A stretch of 51,545 nucleotides of DNA, filler included, from Sphacelaria rigidula (Eukaryota): assembly GCA_964200075.2 (NCBI GenBank). It is 4 parts of 4 records of this genome, joined end to end, with 100 filler letters (N's around TTAATTAATTAA, not from the genome) between each part and the next. Parts side by side here need not be neighbours in the genome. Positions count along the whole stretch, not along the records: positions 12,916 to 25,727 come from CAXNAA020003397.1; 3 more parts are not named here. One strand, written 5' to 3'. Below are positions 13,074-25,827 of the stretch, in pieces. The stretch's first letter is position 1. Each line of letters opens with the position of its first letter. The position numbers were made by a program, and so were the translations under genes. Below the pieces are notes generated by a model. It did not search any database. It had not been told where the DNA came from and saw only the letters and a program-made list of their open reading frames with translations.

Positions 13074-13534
13074 GGAAACGGAAAACTCCGTTCTGACTTG
13101 TATATGTCCACCAGGGTTTCGAGTTTTATGTTTAGCGTGTTTCAACAGCTCACAGTCCCGTAGGTGTCTCGTGTGTTGTGGCGTGCTGTAGTGATGTAGC
13201 GATGTAGCATCACTGCCGCAGAGAGGTCATCACCACCCCACTAACACCAGTGCCGGTTCTTTCGAGCACAAAAGTGAGCGACCATGCCCCCCTCGTTGCT
13301 GCTAAAGTTGAATCCTTCATCGAAGGATCGCAGAACTACCCGCCAGACAGCGGCAGTGCACATCACATGCCTGCTCTCTCAACGTCTCTGCGATGCTTTT
13401 GCCAGGACACCGACGAGCAAGGCGTGTCGTTTTTAGACTCGTACGCACGAAGCGGGCTCCATTGCGCGGCGGCTGCGGCGTGTACTACTACTGTGACTTG
13501 ACTGTATATTCCAACCGATTAAAAAATGTTGTGT

Positions 13535-14060
13535 CTCCATGGCATCAACCAAATAAATGTAGATGATTCAAGGATAGTCACCTGGTGCCCGCGTGTAAGT
13601 AATGCCCACGTTCGGACAGCTGTGTCGAAGGGCAACATCTAAAGGTCGGCATACTGCACAGCGACACAGGTAGAGGCGACAAATGGGAATCTCGTGAAGT
13701 TGGAATCACTAAAGAAAGTAGTCAACATGTTGTCACAATTCTTCATTCATGCTGGGCCACCTTATTATGCATGAAATCCCAAGTCAAATCATCGTTGGAA
13801 GCAGCAACAAATGGTTGTTCGAACGAACTTGTTAGAGATAAATAAAATTAATTGCTCCTTTAGACTCCTTGACACCGTTTAAAACAAATACAAGCACACC
13901 ACGAGTGTGGCACGTCGTCGGACACACCTATATGAGCCTCTTTTTTCGTGCAATCAAATACCCCCCCAACCTCCCCCTCCCCCTCCTGTATAGGATGGCT
14001 GTAATCTATTCCAGCAACATTCCCAGGAATGTTGGGCACGGTCGTTGCATCCCCGTTGCG
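13535..14060 (-). mobile_element. PIF/Harbinger-like DDE transposase remnant (frameshifted)
   Basis: Ordered motif echoes on the minus strand: IPGNVAGIDYSHPI (cf. PGxxGxIDxxH), KGAINF (cf. PGSxND), CPNVGITY...YIYLVDA (cf. PxVxF...YYLxDG). Stops and one frameshift. Confidence 0.45.
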
Positions 14061-14729
14061 CTCGGGACCTTTTGACACGCGCAAAGAATCATGCAAGCTG
14101 CTTTCTGTGAACATGTTTCAATGAAATTTGTAGGGCCTTTCCATTTCGGGCATGCGTTGGTTTTCGTCGCGGAGTTCCTGGAAACTCGTCGTTGAGTTGC
14201 TGGGCCAGTTTTGAAGCGGATCTGTAGGTTGCAGGGTTCTTCTCATAGCACCCAAATTTGGAGAGCTAGTTGAACTTTCAAATTTGGTATTATGGAGGAT
14301 GAGTAGGGCATAATAAAAACAATGATGCTGGGAAATTTTGTTTTGTTTATTTGTTTTTTCATGGATTAAGAGTGACGAAAATCCACTTACTAGTAAAAAA
14401 TCAGCAAATTCCGTACCTCACAATAAAAAAATGATTTGCATCCCAACATATATATATATATATATATTTGCTTCCATCATGCCCTGTTCATCCTCCGTTC
14501 CAAATCTGAAAGTTTAACTTTTAAATTGAGGTGAGAATGGGCCATTGGGAATTTTGGGCAGTCGACATTCTGAACAGTATTTTTCAGGCCATTGGCCAGC
14601 CTAGTTTTGGTATACTCGTGCGCTTTGAAATTTTGCATGGGAAATCGCTAGGAGGGTATTACGAAATCAAAAATATAAGACACGTTGATTGTTTTTGTTC
14701 CACGAGTTGAGGACGTTCAGTACAGTTCA

Positions 14730-14876
14730 GAGTGAGTTTCTACGGTAGGGGTGCACTTTTAGTCCCAACGTTTTCTGAGGCTGCCAACAATAAGGCCCAG
14801 ATGTTGGCAATCAAGAGGCTCCTGCAGTGCAGGGACTCAGGAAACATTGTGCACCCCTACTACCGTAGAATTACTC
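14730..14876 (+). mobile_element. Short member of the Sola2-like MITE family, nested in an AT-rich inverted-repeat transposon relic (~14270-15200)
   Basis: GAG...TTCTACGGTAGGGGTGCAC / GTGCACCCCTACTACCGTAGAATTACTC; flanks TTCA / TACA (one mismatch). Confidence 0.7.
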
Positions 14877-15529
14877 TACAGGTCACCTTTTTACGCAGAC
14901 GTCCTAAACTTACCAATAAAAAATATTGAAGGTCCATTATTTTTTTCCAGTATGCCCTAGCGATTTTCTATACTCAATCTCAAATCAAATTTTAAAAAGA
15001 GCGAAAAAACTGAGAAAAAGGCCAAACACAATGTTCATTTTCACATTTTATCGCCCCTGAGAAATAAAATAAAATAAAATCTCGAGGAGCTGAAGATTAT
15101 TTTTTATTATATGGTCTAGCAACTCTCAACACCAAATTTCAAAGCACAACTTTCGAAACCTGAAACGCGAAATCCAGATTCAGTGCATCTGGTGCCTCTG
15201 CTCGTACCATGTATTGAATTTAGTATGGAACATGATGTGCGCTAGATCTCGAGATAGATACCGAATTAGATGAAGGTGAGGATGCCCATCGTTTTCCTGT
15301 GCCCTAGGAAATGTTCACACCTAAAATCATCATCATGCGCTGTATCTTTTGTTCGGGGGTTTCATAAAGACTTTATTATGGACCCTATTTTTCGTACGAT
15401 ACAGGAATTACTCGACATCATGGCGTTTAATTAAGGAGAGAAAAACCCCCAAGCTTTTGGGCAGATGGGCACATTCCCCTTGATTAGACGGTCGATAAGT
15501 GAAATCTGCAGACCACGCCCCAACAACAC

Positions 15530-15963
15530 CCGATCATCGAAATTGAGAATGGAGCTTTTCATTGAGGATGAGAACCCGGAGGATTAATATCTTCGTATCC
15601 ACACCAAATATTCGAAATATGATTCCATTCTTTCACCTACTGGTAGCTGTTGACAACTGCTACACACCCTGCAAATTAGGATTTCAATGACCAAAATGTT
15701 GGGGTCCTAGGTGAAAAATCAATTTTGGGGAATTTAGGTGATCCGATCGGATCGCCGAAACCCCCCGAAATTGATTTTTCACGTAGAACCCCAACGTTTC
15801 GCTAATCGAGATTCATATTTGTAGGGCGTGTAACAGTTGTCAATAGCTACCAGTAGGTGAAAGAATTGAACCATATTTCGAAGATTTGGTGTGCATACGA
15901 AGATTTTAACCCCCCGGGTTCTCATCCTCAGTGAAAAGCTCAATCCTCAATTTTGATGACCGG
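15530..15963. repeat. ~434-bp imperfect palindrome (fold-back) with no spacer
   Basis: Arms pair across the centre GATCCGATCGGATC (15740-15753), e.g. CTTTCACCTACTGGTAGCTGTTGACAACTG vs CAGTTGTCAATAGCTACCAGTAGGTGAAAG. Confidence 0.92.
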
Positions 15964-16275
15964 CTGTTCATTTCCTCTGTGTCGACGAGTTATGGCTGTG
16001 AAAGCTTAATTCATTTTTGAGCTGGCCCAGCTCGTGCTGCAGCTCAGGCAATCCAGCGCAGATCAAACTGTCTTCTCAGGGTTCAAACGCACCACACTAC
16101 TATCTCAGTTGTAGCACAGGAATCACGGATCTTGGAATGAATAAGCGTCTTGAGATATTGTCTTCGACAAGGAGGCTGAGCATTAAAACAAGTTGCAACT
16201 CCATAACAGTGCTTTTCTTGATCTGAAGCCACGATGAATTGCTTTCATATGGAAGACCTCATGCCCCCCGATCTT

Positions 16276-16537
16276 GAGCAATGCTACGGTAGAAGTGCAC
16301 TTTTTGTGCCCAAATCTTGCCTATTTCAGGGGCTCCTTACGATTCTTGATGCACAAGAATATGGGTCAGGGCGTCCCCGTTTGCAAATTCCATTCGGGAT
16401 ATATCCCTAGCACACTAGAATAGTAATCCTGGCGTACTCTCACATATTTCACAATAAGTCGTGTTTTAGATGAGATAAAGGGCTCCTAGCAATTCTAATC
16501 TCAAAAATAATTGTACACCCTCACGGTAGCACCACTC
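16276..16537 (+). mobile_element. Sola2-like MITE family, copy 2
   Basis: GAGCAATGCTACGGTAGAAGTGCAC ... GTACACCCTCACGGTAGCACCACTC; interior colinear with 6526-6771; TSD not preserved. Confidence 0.8.
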
Positions 16538-16554
16538 CTCCTTTAAACTATTTT

Positions 16555-16704
16555 TGGGGGTTTCCCATCTCCCGTTCCCCCAAAAGACGTATGTGCGAAA
16601 GCACCATTGTCGTGCTGAAGGAATCATTTTTTCACGCCCGAAATCGAGGCGAAAAGGTGCTCTCGCACATACCCTTTGAGGGAACGGAAGACGGGCAACC
16701 CCCA
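16555..16704. mobile_element. 150-bp element with ~50-bp terminal inverted repeats (MITE-like)
   Basis: TGGGGGTTTCCCATCTCCCGTTCCCCCAAAAG..TATGTGCGAAAGCACC vs GGTGCTCTCGCACATACCCTTTGAGGGAACGGAAGACGGGCAACCCCCA. Confidence 0.7.
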
Positions 16705-18526
16705 GTAACCGTTTCAGTAAGGTCGGTGGGCATCATTTCTTCAATATGAATGTCATTCGTCACGACTTTAGGTCAGGGAGAGCATTGTTTCGGAATCGAA
16801 ACTCATTTGAATGTTCACCCCCATATTCGAAGATAATCTCTTCCTTGTTCGTTGCGAAATACGGAAACATACAACGAACACATCGTCATGGCACTTTTAA
16901 GGTTGACGAGACAGCGCTGCGTGCAGACTACAATTCTGTTGTACAGAGCGGAACACAGCAGCAGTACAGCAGCTCAGGCAACCCCAGCGCAGATCCAATC
17001 GTCTTCGAACAGTCTCAACACACCACAGTACAATGGCAGCTACAAAACATGAGAGAGGGCGTGAGTGTGTTTGAGCTCCAGCACAGTAGACATATGACAT
17101 GTCCCATAATTCAGCTCTTCGTCTGATTTTAAACGCCCCCATTTTGAGGATCCGGTCGAAATTGAGGAACCGTTTGAAATTGTTTGGGTCATTTTTGTTC
17201 GAGATCGTCGCTTCTATTTGTTCCATGCTAACGCAAACAATATTTGGTTTTTCACATGTCGTAAATTTGTGTCGCTGGCTCAGAGCAGAGATTTCCCCTG
17301 GCCCTGCAGACCACCCTCGGAGTTAGGGCGCAGTGAAGCGTCCAGAGGGGGGCTTATTGGACATCAACTCTGAGTTCTGTCTATCTTGGCCCAACAGATG
17401 GGACGAGTATGTTTTCCAGCTATCTGGATCAAACGCGTATTTCATCGGACTCATATCCACCTTACAATATGTCCGTCTCCCTTCGAGCAGCTGTTTGACC
17501 GCTAACCCGGCACGTCTTTGGATTCGCTGGTGCCCCTTTCAGACGAGTGGGGGGTTGGATAGCTTCATGGAGTAGCTGAAACAGGATATGTGGGAGGTGC
17601 ATCTAGCTTTGGAATAGCGCGATTCAACGCGCTTAGCAGCTCGTGCTGGTAGTAACGCTACCATTTCCAGGCCATCGGCAGGCGTGCCCATCAAGCCAGG
17701 GGACCTGGTTTTAGTGCGGGGAATCGGAGAGCACCCTCCACTGGGAAGGGCGAGGAAGAAAACACCAACATGACAGATATACGAGTCCTCGGGTGGTGAG
17801 GAGGTTGTTGCAATCGGCTCGCAGCGTAGACGTATTCACGCAGGGGCGGAAACCACGCGAGTGCAGAGTAGAATAATAGTTGCCTCGGAAGTCAAGCCTT
17901 TCCACACACACCCGATCCATCTTCGTCGTTCCTTAGCAGAGATGAGTTCGCACGGTACGCACCAGGATCAGACTCCCAGAATTCCATCTTGCCCGAGCCA
18001 CCCACCACGTGGTATACAATTTTCGACTGGCGTAGGGTATATTCGGAAGTTGGAAGCGGTTCATAAGATTACAAGGCAACGGGCCGGCACGGTGCAATGT
18101 AAGATCGGTTGTCGGAATTCGAACTGTCGAAAAGTTCCACACCCGTCCAACAAGACGGTTGCCATGCACTGCGACACCTGTACAACTCTGATCAGTACTC
18201 GCATGCTGCGGCAGAGAAACGCTCAACACCCCTTACTTGTAGTGATGCCATGATACTGTCCTCCATAGGTTTCTGCTTCAAAAAATCTTCGACTACCGCG
18301 ACAAAATTTTGCGGGTGCGGTACACGTGCGAAAACAAGGAGGAACTGTCGCGACGGGAGCTAGAACATTTGGCGCATGAGTGCCAGAAATTCCTCGCTAG
18401 TCTCAAAGCGGACGGGTGCTAAGTAGGGAAGTTTTTGCGGGACTGGAGACTTGGTTTTGGCCTGACAACGGGAATCTGCGAGGGAACACGAAGGGTAGCA
18501 GATATCACTTTCCCGCTATTACTACT

Positions 18527-18783
18527 GAGTGGTGCTACGGCAGGGTGCGCAGATATTTTCTGAGGTTCATCGAGGTGTTGGGAGCCCTTCATCTCACCCA
18601 AAAAGAGGCTATAAAATATGTAACAGCATGCCACGATTAGCATTCCAATGGGCGAGGGATGTCCCGAATACATTTGAAAACGGTCATACCCTGGTCCATA
18701 TTCTTGTGAACTTCCTAACTTTAGGATACCCTGGTTGAAAAAGATCTGGCCCCAAATGTGCAACCCCTACCGTATCATGACTC
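18527..18783 (-). mobile_element. Sola2-like MITE family, copy 3 (reverse orientation)
   Basis: GAGTGGTGCTACGGCAGGGTGCGC ... GTGCAACCCCTACCGTATCATGACTC, flanked by TACT (18523-18526) and TACT (18784-18787). Confidence 0.8.
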
Positions 18784-20099
18784 TACTGCATTGGAACAAG
18801 GTCAGGGGGGGGGGGGGGAGATATCGTAGGCCGTGGAGAAAGACTGTAGCATCTGCTTGACCTCTGTGTTCGACAAGGTGGGGATGAAGATATTTTCCGT
18901 GGGGGTATGAAGAGATAGAACGGAACCATGTTTTTACTGGCGTGCCTAGTAATTGTTCTTTGTTTTGTCACGCAGGAAAGATGTGCCATATACGTTACCA
19001 GACGCTGTTGTTGGAGCCCAGTGTGGTGGTTACTCTGCCCGCATTATGACACCATTTAGTATATCTTAAATGCGTTACCAAGAGGGCACGGCTTGGTCTG
19101 GGTTTTGTTTCCCGCCGCCAGGTTTCTCCCGTGGAAGTTTCGGGCACTCGCTTTCAACAAGATGGGTCTTCTGCCCGACGCCCGAAATTCTAGCAGGTTT
19201 TGGCGTTTCGGCATGTTATTGGGATGGTAATTGCCCCCCGTTAAGCGGGTTTTGATCCACCCCCCTTTTTTTTGCTTTCGTTTGTGTTGTGCTAGTCTAT
19301 TGACCCGCGAGGATCGGTGAAGGACTGGGGGGGATGTTGTGGATCGGTGCGAGGCATTTGCCCCGTCTGAACACATTTTGGTGCCCTGGTTCAATTGCTA
19401 GCAATAGCCATGTGTCTTGTTCCGGCTCCGTCGGGTGGGTTGTGTCGAACCTTCTTCCTCAGTTTTTGTTCGGGTTATCAAGCTAAGCATTGGTCCAAGT
19501 TGTACCAGCAGTTAATACAGCAACACGAACGATTATAAAATATGGGGACTTGCCTTACACTGCTGCTGTCACATCAGCACCGAACATCGGCCACTTGCAA
19601 TCCTAGCGCGACTCTCGGTACAAAGGATTGCTCTACATAGTCGATCAACAATCCAGATATTTGCCCGAGCTTGTTTTTTTTATGCATGTTGTATAGAATA
19701 GGCCTTCTGTAAGCCTAGAATGTCATACACTTCGAAGCCTCGCCAGTCCTCACGTGTACGCTGCAAGCCGTCTCACATACGCAGCACCTCAATCGCCTGC
19801 GCTGAAAATTTCACGCGGGTCGGCAACTCACACTCCTGCGCACCAGAACCCTGTTCACTCACAAAACATGGGAGTAAGCTCTCCTAGCACACACCAAGGC
19901 GCTACCAATTCACAAGTGTAAGAGGGAGCGAATCAAACGAGCACACGACACGTTTCACGTTGAGGCAGTCTGACTTGGGCACAAACTTGGTTGTACATGG
20001 ACTTGCGGCAGAAGGTATTCCCATGATAGTGCGGCAGTACAGATCTAGAGTCGAAACCAATTCCCATCACCGGTGCACGTCGGGAGTAATTTACCGCCG

Positions 20100-22044
20100 G
20101 TGTAGCAAATACTTGCAACTGCGTTTGCGGAGTACAGCACTAGATGCGTACACCAACCTAATACATGTACATTAGAATGGCATACGGAGGCAAAGTTGGA
20201 GCAATTTCGAGCGCAAGGCGAAGAGGTACACACTCGACCAATAGCAACTTGGAGCGACTGGGTAAACAAATACACGAACCTCTATTCTCCTCGTAACCGT
20301 ATCGTAAGCCTGGCAAGGGTCGTCGCTGAACTGAAATTCAAGGATCATCATACTGTCGACGCATACGCATTGCAAGTGCCAGGAGCACACTCACTCGTGC
20401 TTTTACGCTGAAGCAGTTCGAGTTACCCATTATGGTAGAGACCCCGTCGTCGTTGTCCGAGAAATCAGTCAAACCCCTGCGTTCGAAGCACGACTGCCAC
20501 CCCACATCCGTGTAGCACGAGGTGGCAGTTTTCAAGACAGCCCCGTATTTTGGCATTTGTTCGTGGTACATCCGAATTTACCAAGTAGAACACTTCCGTA
20601 CACGCAAAATGCATACATATCTGCTCCCGTTCGCCCTACAGTGCGAGTTTTCCACACATAACCGTTTCGCACATTAAAAGGGCACGATACCGTCTCAATC
20701 CTCACACCCGGCCACACTCCCTTGTAGTTTGAGCCTCATTCCTAATCACAAGCTGACTGACAGGCAAGTGCTGACGAAAGTTACACGCCACTTGTGGTTC
20801 TCGATTCAAATCGCCGGGATCACATTGACGCGGAATCAGTTCTGCGGATCTAACCTGCTACTGCTTGCAAAAAGACGCAGGTATAGACCCTCGGCAAAAA
20901 CTCATTCTATATCTCGCACGGGAAAATACTTCAGGATTAGAAAATCATAATATGCTTTCGATGTGCTACTTAAAATATGTTTTCACGCCCAGCAGCTATC
21001 CTTGACCCGACGTGCGTAGTTACCGACTCCATTACAGCAAGAACCATCCATGCCCGTGCATGCATGCCTCCATGTCCTCTGGAAGCAAACCTCATGTGAC
21101 AACAGTACAGCCGTGGTACCACGTTTTAAGAAGTCGTGAACCCCTACCTCATGCCTGCCCCGCACGCACGCTCACAATTTCGCGACTTGACAAGAGAAGC
21201 GCATAGCTATTCTGCAGCGAAATTGTTATTCGAATATACGCCCACATCAGGCTATAGCTATAACATGTTGACCGGGTATATCCGCTTCTATCCGCTAGGA
21301 CTCGTGTCTAGGAAATTTCGCAGTGTTAATTTCCGCCCTCTTCATGAACGTCTTGAAGCTTAGCACGGTTCTCCCGTCTTCCGCATTCCCCACCATGTCA
21401 ACCTGCAGGTTATTTGCATATTTGTACCGCCAGCCAGTATAGCGTATGAGTGGGGTGAGGACACGCGGGGGGGGGAGGGGTGATGAAGCGAAGTGGAAGA
21501 GGGTAATGTGTATTCCTTGTACAGCGCTACGCGGGTAGATCGTGCACTATGAAAGCTACATACAGGTGATTCCCTCTTTTTATCAGAGATTGCTGGTCAG
21601 AGAATTTGGCAAGGTTACCGGAGGGGAAGCTGTAGCTCTGAAAGAGCACCATCGATGAGACATCTGACGGAAAAGTGCTAGCGATGAACGACCTCCTCAA
21701 TAGCAGAGCTGAGCATACGCTCCCAGCAAGACCGAACCACACATCAAAGTCCCCCAAAGGCGACAGAGATATGATAAGATCTCACTTCGGGAGAGTTGAT
21801 GGATGGGCCCAGATACCGAGGGCGGTTGACAAATGACACTTGGCCAAAGGGCTACCCCGAGGTTGGCGACATGCGTACAGTATTGTCGGGCTTACTACTT
21901 GATGTGATGCTGATGCAACTGATACATCGTAAACAAATTGTCAACTTGACCGCAAAACACAAGAGTTGGGATATCCCTTGCAAGGTACTATCAAGGTGCC
22001 GATCATCAATTGTGTTGAAAGTGATCAGGGTACACCTGAGTTGA
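20100..22044 (+). mobile_element. Decayed Ty3/gypsy-like LTR retrotransposon (gag remnant; possible protease and integrase C-terminal remnants)
   Basis: KYLQLRLRSTALDAYTNL then IATWSDWVNKYTNLYSPRNRIVSLARVVAELKFKDHHTVDAYA (20196-20411) follows the retrotransposon gag pattern. LWFSIQIAG (~20790) is protease-like. YPEVGDM...LTAKHKSWDIPCKV (21850-21990) echoes the integrase GPY/F region. No RT core or LTRs seen. Confidence 0.5.
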
Positions 22045-23087
22045 CAATGATGAAAGGAACCGTGGGGATACGATGATACCTCGAGAACAAGGAGTTGTTA
22101 CGACGAAGGATAAGGATTGAAAGCACCACAGAATATCTGCACGTTTCAATATTTACAATACCAAACTTTCACGTTACCTTGAGGCGCCCGGCCCAGCGCT
22201 CATTCAGGCCCTCAAAAAAAAGTGCGCAAAACTCCTGTGTGCGGGCAGACCCGCAGGAGCACCAGCAGTAGTGTTTGGCAATCGCACATGAAAAGAAAGA
22301 GGGTATTGGATGAGAAAGCTATACGAAATAAACAAGCACCAATCGTAGTATCATCTTGCGGCATGGGGATCATTGCTGACTACTGAACCGCGTGCGTCCA
22401 CGGTACAACGCGTCCAGAATACAGTGTGCTGACCATCTGGCGCAGTATCACCTTCGTTCATCATACATGCCCTTGTAGCTGTAACATTTCTCGGGAGCCC
22501 GGAGCAAGGATTCAACACCAGTGTCCCTCTCCGCGGTCCTCACCTGGCGCTACAGTTAGGCCATAGAAGGGTGTGTATACCAACACCTTACGTCATGAAT
22601 CGGTGAAATAAAACAAGACATTGAAGGATGCGCACAACACCATCAAGTTCACGCTCTCGCTGCTTATGAGGCATGTTGGACTCGCTGTCTATTGCGCCTG
22701 ACCTCTTCAACCCCCCGTTCTACGTAGCGACTAAGCTACCGTGCTACTGCAGCACTCTCACGACGGACTCCATGTGCGCGGTGTTCCGATATAATACCTG
22801 GGTGCTGCTAGACGATACCAAAGCATATCGTACCCAATTGTAGATACATGCACTGAATAATAACACACATATCTAGTCTGAAAGGTGCATGTGAATCAAA
22901 GACTAGATAGGGTACAGCTCTTCGAGAGTCCGAGAATATGTGTGAACGCTAGACTGCACATGGCAGAGGTGAAAGGTATGACTTCTCCGGCAAAGGTATT
23001 AGGCCGTGGACTACACAAGATAAAGTCTCACTGGGGCAGCCCGCACTTTCTCTAGTTACTATACTGTTTTTCCGACTAAGAGCATAC

Positions 23088-24496
23088 CTCGAAAACTTCA
23101 TCCGGGTCGACAGTAGACTTGAGTGCGTCTTTGGTGGTGGTGGTGGGGGTGGTGGTGGCGTCATAGTTGTTCGGTGCACGGGCGGTTAATGTCGTGGTTG
23201 CCTCTACCACATCGGCCAGCCGCACCAAGGCCTCGAGAAAGTCCGTAGGTGTCAAACAGCAGTTCTTTGTCCGGTTCAGCAATTCATCCGCCACAAGCAT
23301 CCGCGACTGTTATTTTTCGTTTGGGGATACACCATACGATACAACACGGTCGTAAAAAGTATAGGAATCGCGGAAGATCGCAGCATATATACAAAAAACA
23401 CTGAAATCACTACAGTACGGGCAAATTTCGTGATTTTTTAGACCACTGTTGTACCGTACTCAGTGTGTTTCCTGTACATCCCGTTTCAGAACTGATGTTG
23501 TCGGATGGACGCGAGCGAAAATGTTGAGCACACGCACACGAGGAGGGGGCGGGGGGGGGGGGGAGGGGGTCGTAAGGCGAGATTTAGAGGGGAGATAAAC
23601 AGGCGTTGCAGTTTTCGACGGTCAAGCGGATCGTTTTGTCATTTTTCGTTGATTTTGTGTCTGTTTCAGCCCCCTAGAAATCAATGCTTTGTTTGGATAA
23701 CTTTTCAGAAGCGCGCGTTGCAATATGTGAGGAAGTAGGGAAACCTCGAAGGTGATGCTGAGGGGTGTGCTGTCGTTCGTATTTCGCCCAAACTTCATTT
23801 TTCGAAGTTTGATGCGCAAACATGAGCGCGAGGAGACGGCCAGGGGAACGAAGGGACGGCAGGGGCACAGGAGATGGTAGAATGTTGCCCTTGGGGCGTG
23901 CTTACTCTTTTGAAACAACACTTTGATCTCTCGGTCGCAATAATGTGTGCAAAACTTTATGAGGGGCGATATATGAGGGGAATTTAGTGAATAGGATTGG
24001 GTCTGCAACAGATGAATAAGGTTCATGTGTCGAGTCGAGTGATCGCTGCCCTTCGGTGTGTTTCACCCGGTGTGTGTCGTTTTCAGTATCGTGTTGAGTA
24101 CTTGTGGGACGAGGAAAACAACCTTTCGACGAAGGGGGAAAGTCGCATCTTGATGAAATGGGATGGTGCTCTTTCACGAGACGACGGGGCTATCCACTGC
24201 CACTCTAAGCGCTTGAAAAAGCGGAAAAAACGCACCTATTCTCCACTGTGGCCCAAGCCTTCAAGCACTGCTGCTCAGTGCATTTCAATCCTGCGAACCA
24301 ATGTTCCCTTTATATCGTTTGTGAATCCAACAAGGAGATTATGATGTCGACGCATCGAGACAGCGTAGACATATCTGACGTACAATGCGTGCACCTGCAG
24401 GAAGACAAGCTTAACTTTATCCCGTTCGACCTCATCGTACAGGCCAGCATCATCCATGAGAGCTTCCCAATCCGTCAAGGAAAACCGCAGTAGCTC
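23088..24496 (-). CDS. Two in-phase internal exons of an EF-hand-like protein gene (partial; downstream part may be decayed)
   Basis: Exon 24496-24395 (CACAG|ELLRFSLTDWEALMDDAGLYDEVERDKVKLVFLQ|GTGCAC, 34 codons) joins exon 23306-23088 (AACAG|SRMLVADELLNRTKNCCLTPTDFLEALVRLADVV...VFE|GTATGC, 73 codons). A candidate next exon at ~22800-22645 has stops. Confidence 0.65.
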
Positions 24497-24521
24497 CTGT
24501 GAACACGAATACAAACACACG

Positions 24522-24522
<1 letters not shown>

Positions 24523-24562
<40 letters not shown>
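24523..24562. repeat. (CA)n microsatellite in intron
   Basis: Directly visible. Confidence 0.95.
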
Positions 24563-24565
<3 letters not shown>

Positions 24566-25727
24566 GTGCGCACATACGCGCAAAGCGGACAACGCACACA
24601 AGCATAGCACGCAACCAAAGCGCAATCCTGAGGAGCAAAACGGACCCGTTTGGAAAAATAGCAAAAAAACAAATTTCATCGTTGGTCAATCGAGAAAAAA
24701 AATCGGATGTGCAATAACGACCGGGAATACTTCGTGCACTGAGGTTTTTGCGTCCTCGATAAGCATTTCACCGTTGGTTCTGCTAGCGCAACCATATGCG
24801 AACGAACAACCCCGGCCACACACATGTATAACTATCGGGTTCAGCACTCTTGCTTGAGCGTGTTATCGGCACTTCAAACTGTAGATAAAGAGCGGGAGTA
24901 GACCTTAGAATTTTGCGTGATGAGCATCTTCAAAAAAATATATCTGGCAAGTTCACCGCATGCCAGCGCGTATTCGTGCCGGTAGCCGGAGCCGTACACC
25001 GACCGTAGTATGAGCGAATCCAATGGATTCGAATCCCGACAGTAGTCTTTCTTCTAGTATCAGTCGTGCGAAGGCGTGGGACCGACAGTCGAAAAAATGC
25101 GACACGATTCCATTCGAGTCGACAGGCGGTGGGGAGTACTGATAGCCATCATCCTTTGCTGGATCGTGATGGGCAACCACGGTACCAGGGGAGAGACGGG
25201 GTGGTCACTTGAAAGTGGGAGGTACCGTGAAACACCCTCGAAGTACTTACCTCATGTGGCACTTGTTGCCGGCGATGTCTGGCTTTGAGGCTGAAGTTGT
25301 TCATCGGGTATGTCTGACATCAGTATAGAGACACAACAGAATAGGGATGGGCGTGCAGGCTGGAGTGCGGGGGGGGAGGGGGTACTCATGATCGTGCGTG
25401 CCACAGTCATGTGACCATTGACCTCGCATCTCCACGAAGCGGGGACGGGGAACACACTAGGTTTCGCCGGACCAGGTTCGCAATCAACCACTAAGCGCGA
25501 ACCGCCGTGATGGTTTGGGCGAGTCGCATGAAGGGTGAGCTGCATCCTGCTAAGATTGTTCGGCCCGAAGCTTAATGGTTACCCTACATTTGGATGACAG
25601 CCTTCAATGACTTACTTCACTTTCTGGTATCGCCACTTCCAGAGACAGTAGAGCGGGCAGGGCGGCGGGAGGTGCTCCTCACCATTCAAACACAACCAAA
25701 CAACACCTTCGCCCCCGCCCCCACACA

Positions 25728-25827
25728 NNNNNNNNNNNNNNNNNNNNNNNNNNNNNNNNNNNNNNNNNNNNTTAATTAATTAANNNNNNNNNNNNNNNNN
25801 NNNNNNNNNNNNNNNNNNNNNNNNNNN
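25728..25827. other. Artificial contig linker N44-TTAATTAATTAA-N44
   Basis: As at 12816. Confidence 0.99.

Noticed and set aside
24450..24857. ORFs rich in CV, HT, SL or RE dipeptides (also 266-788 and 38394-38693)
   Set aside because: Translations of microsatellites, not genes
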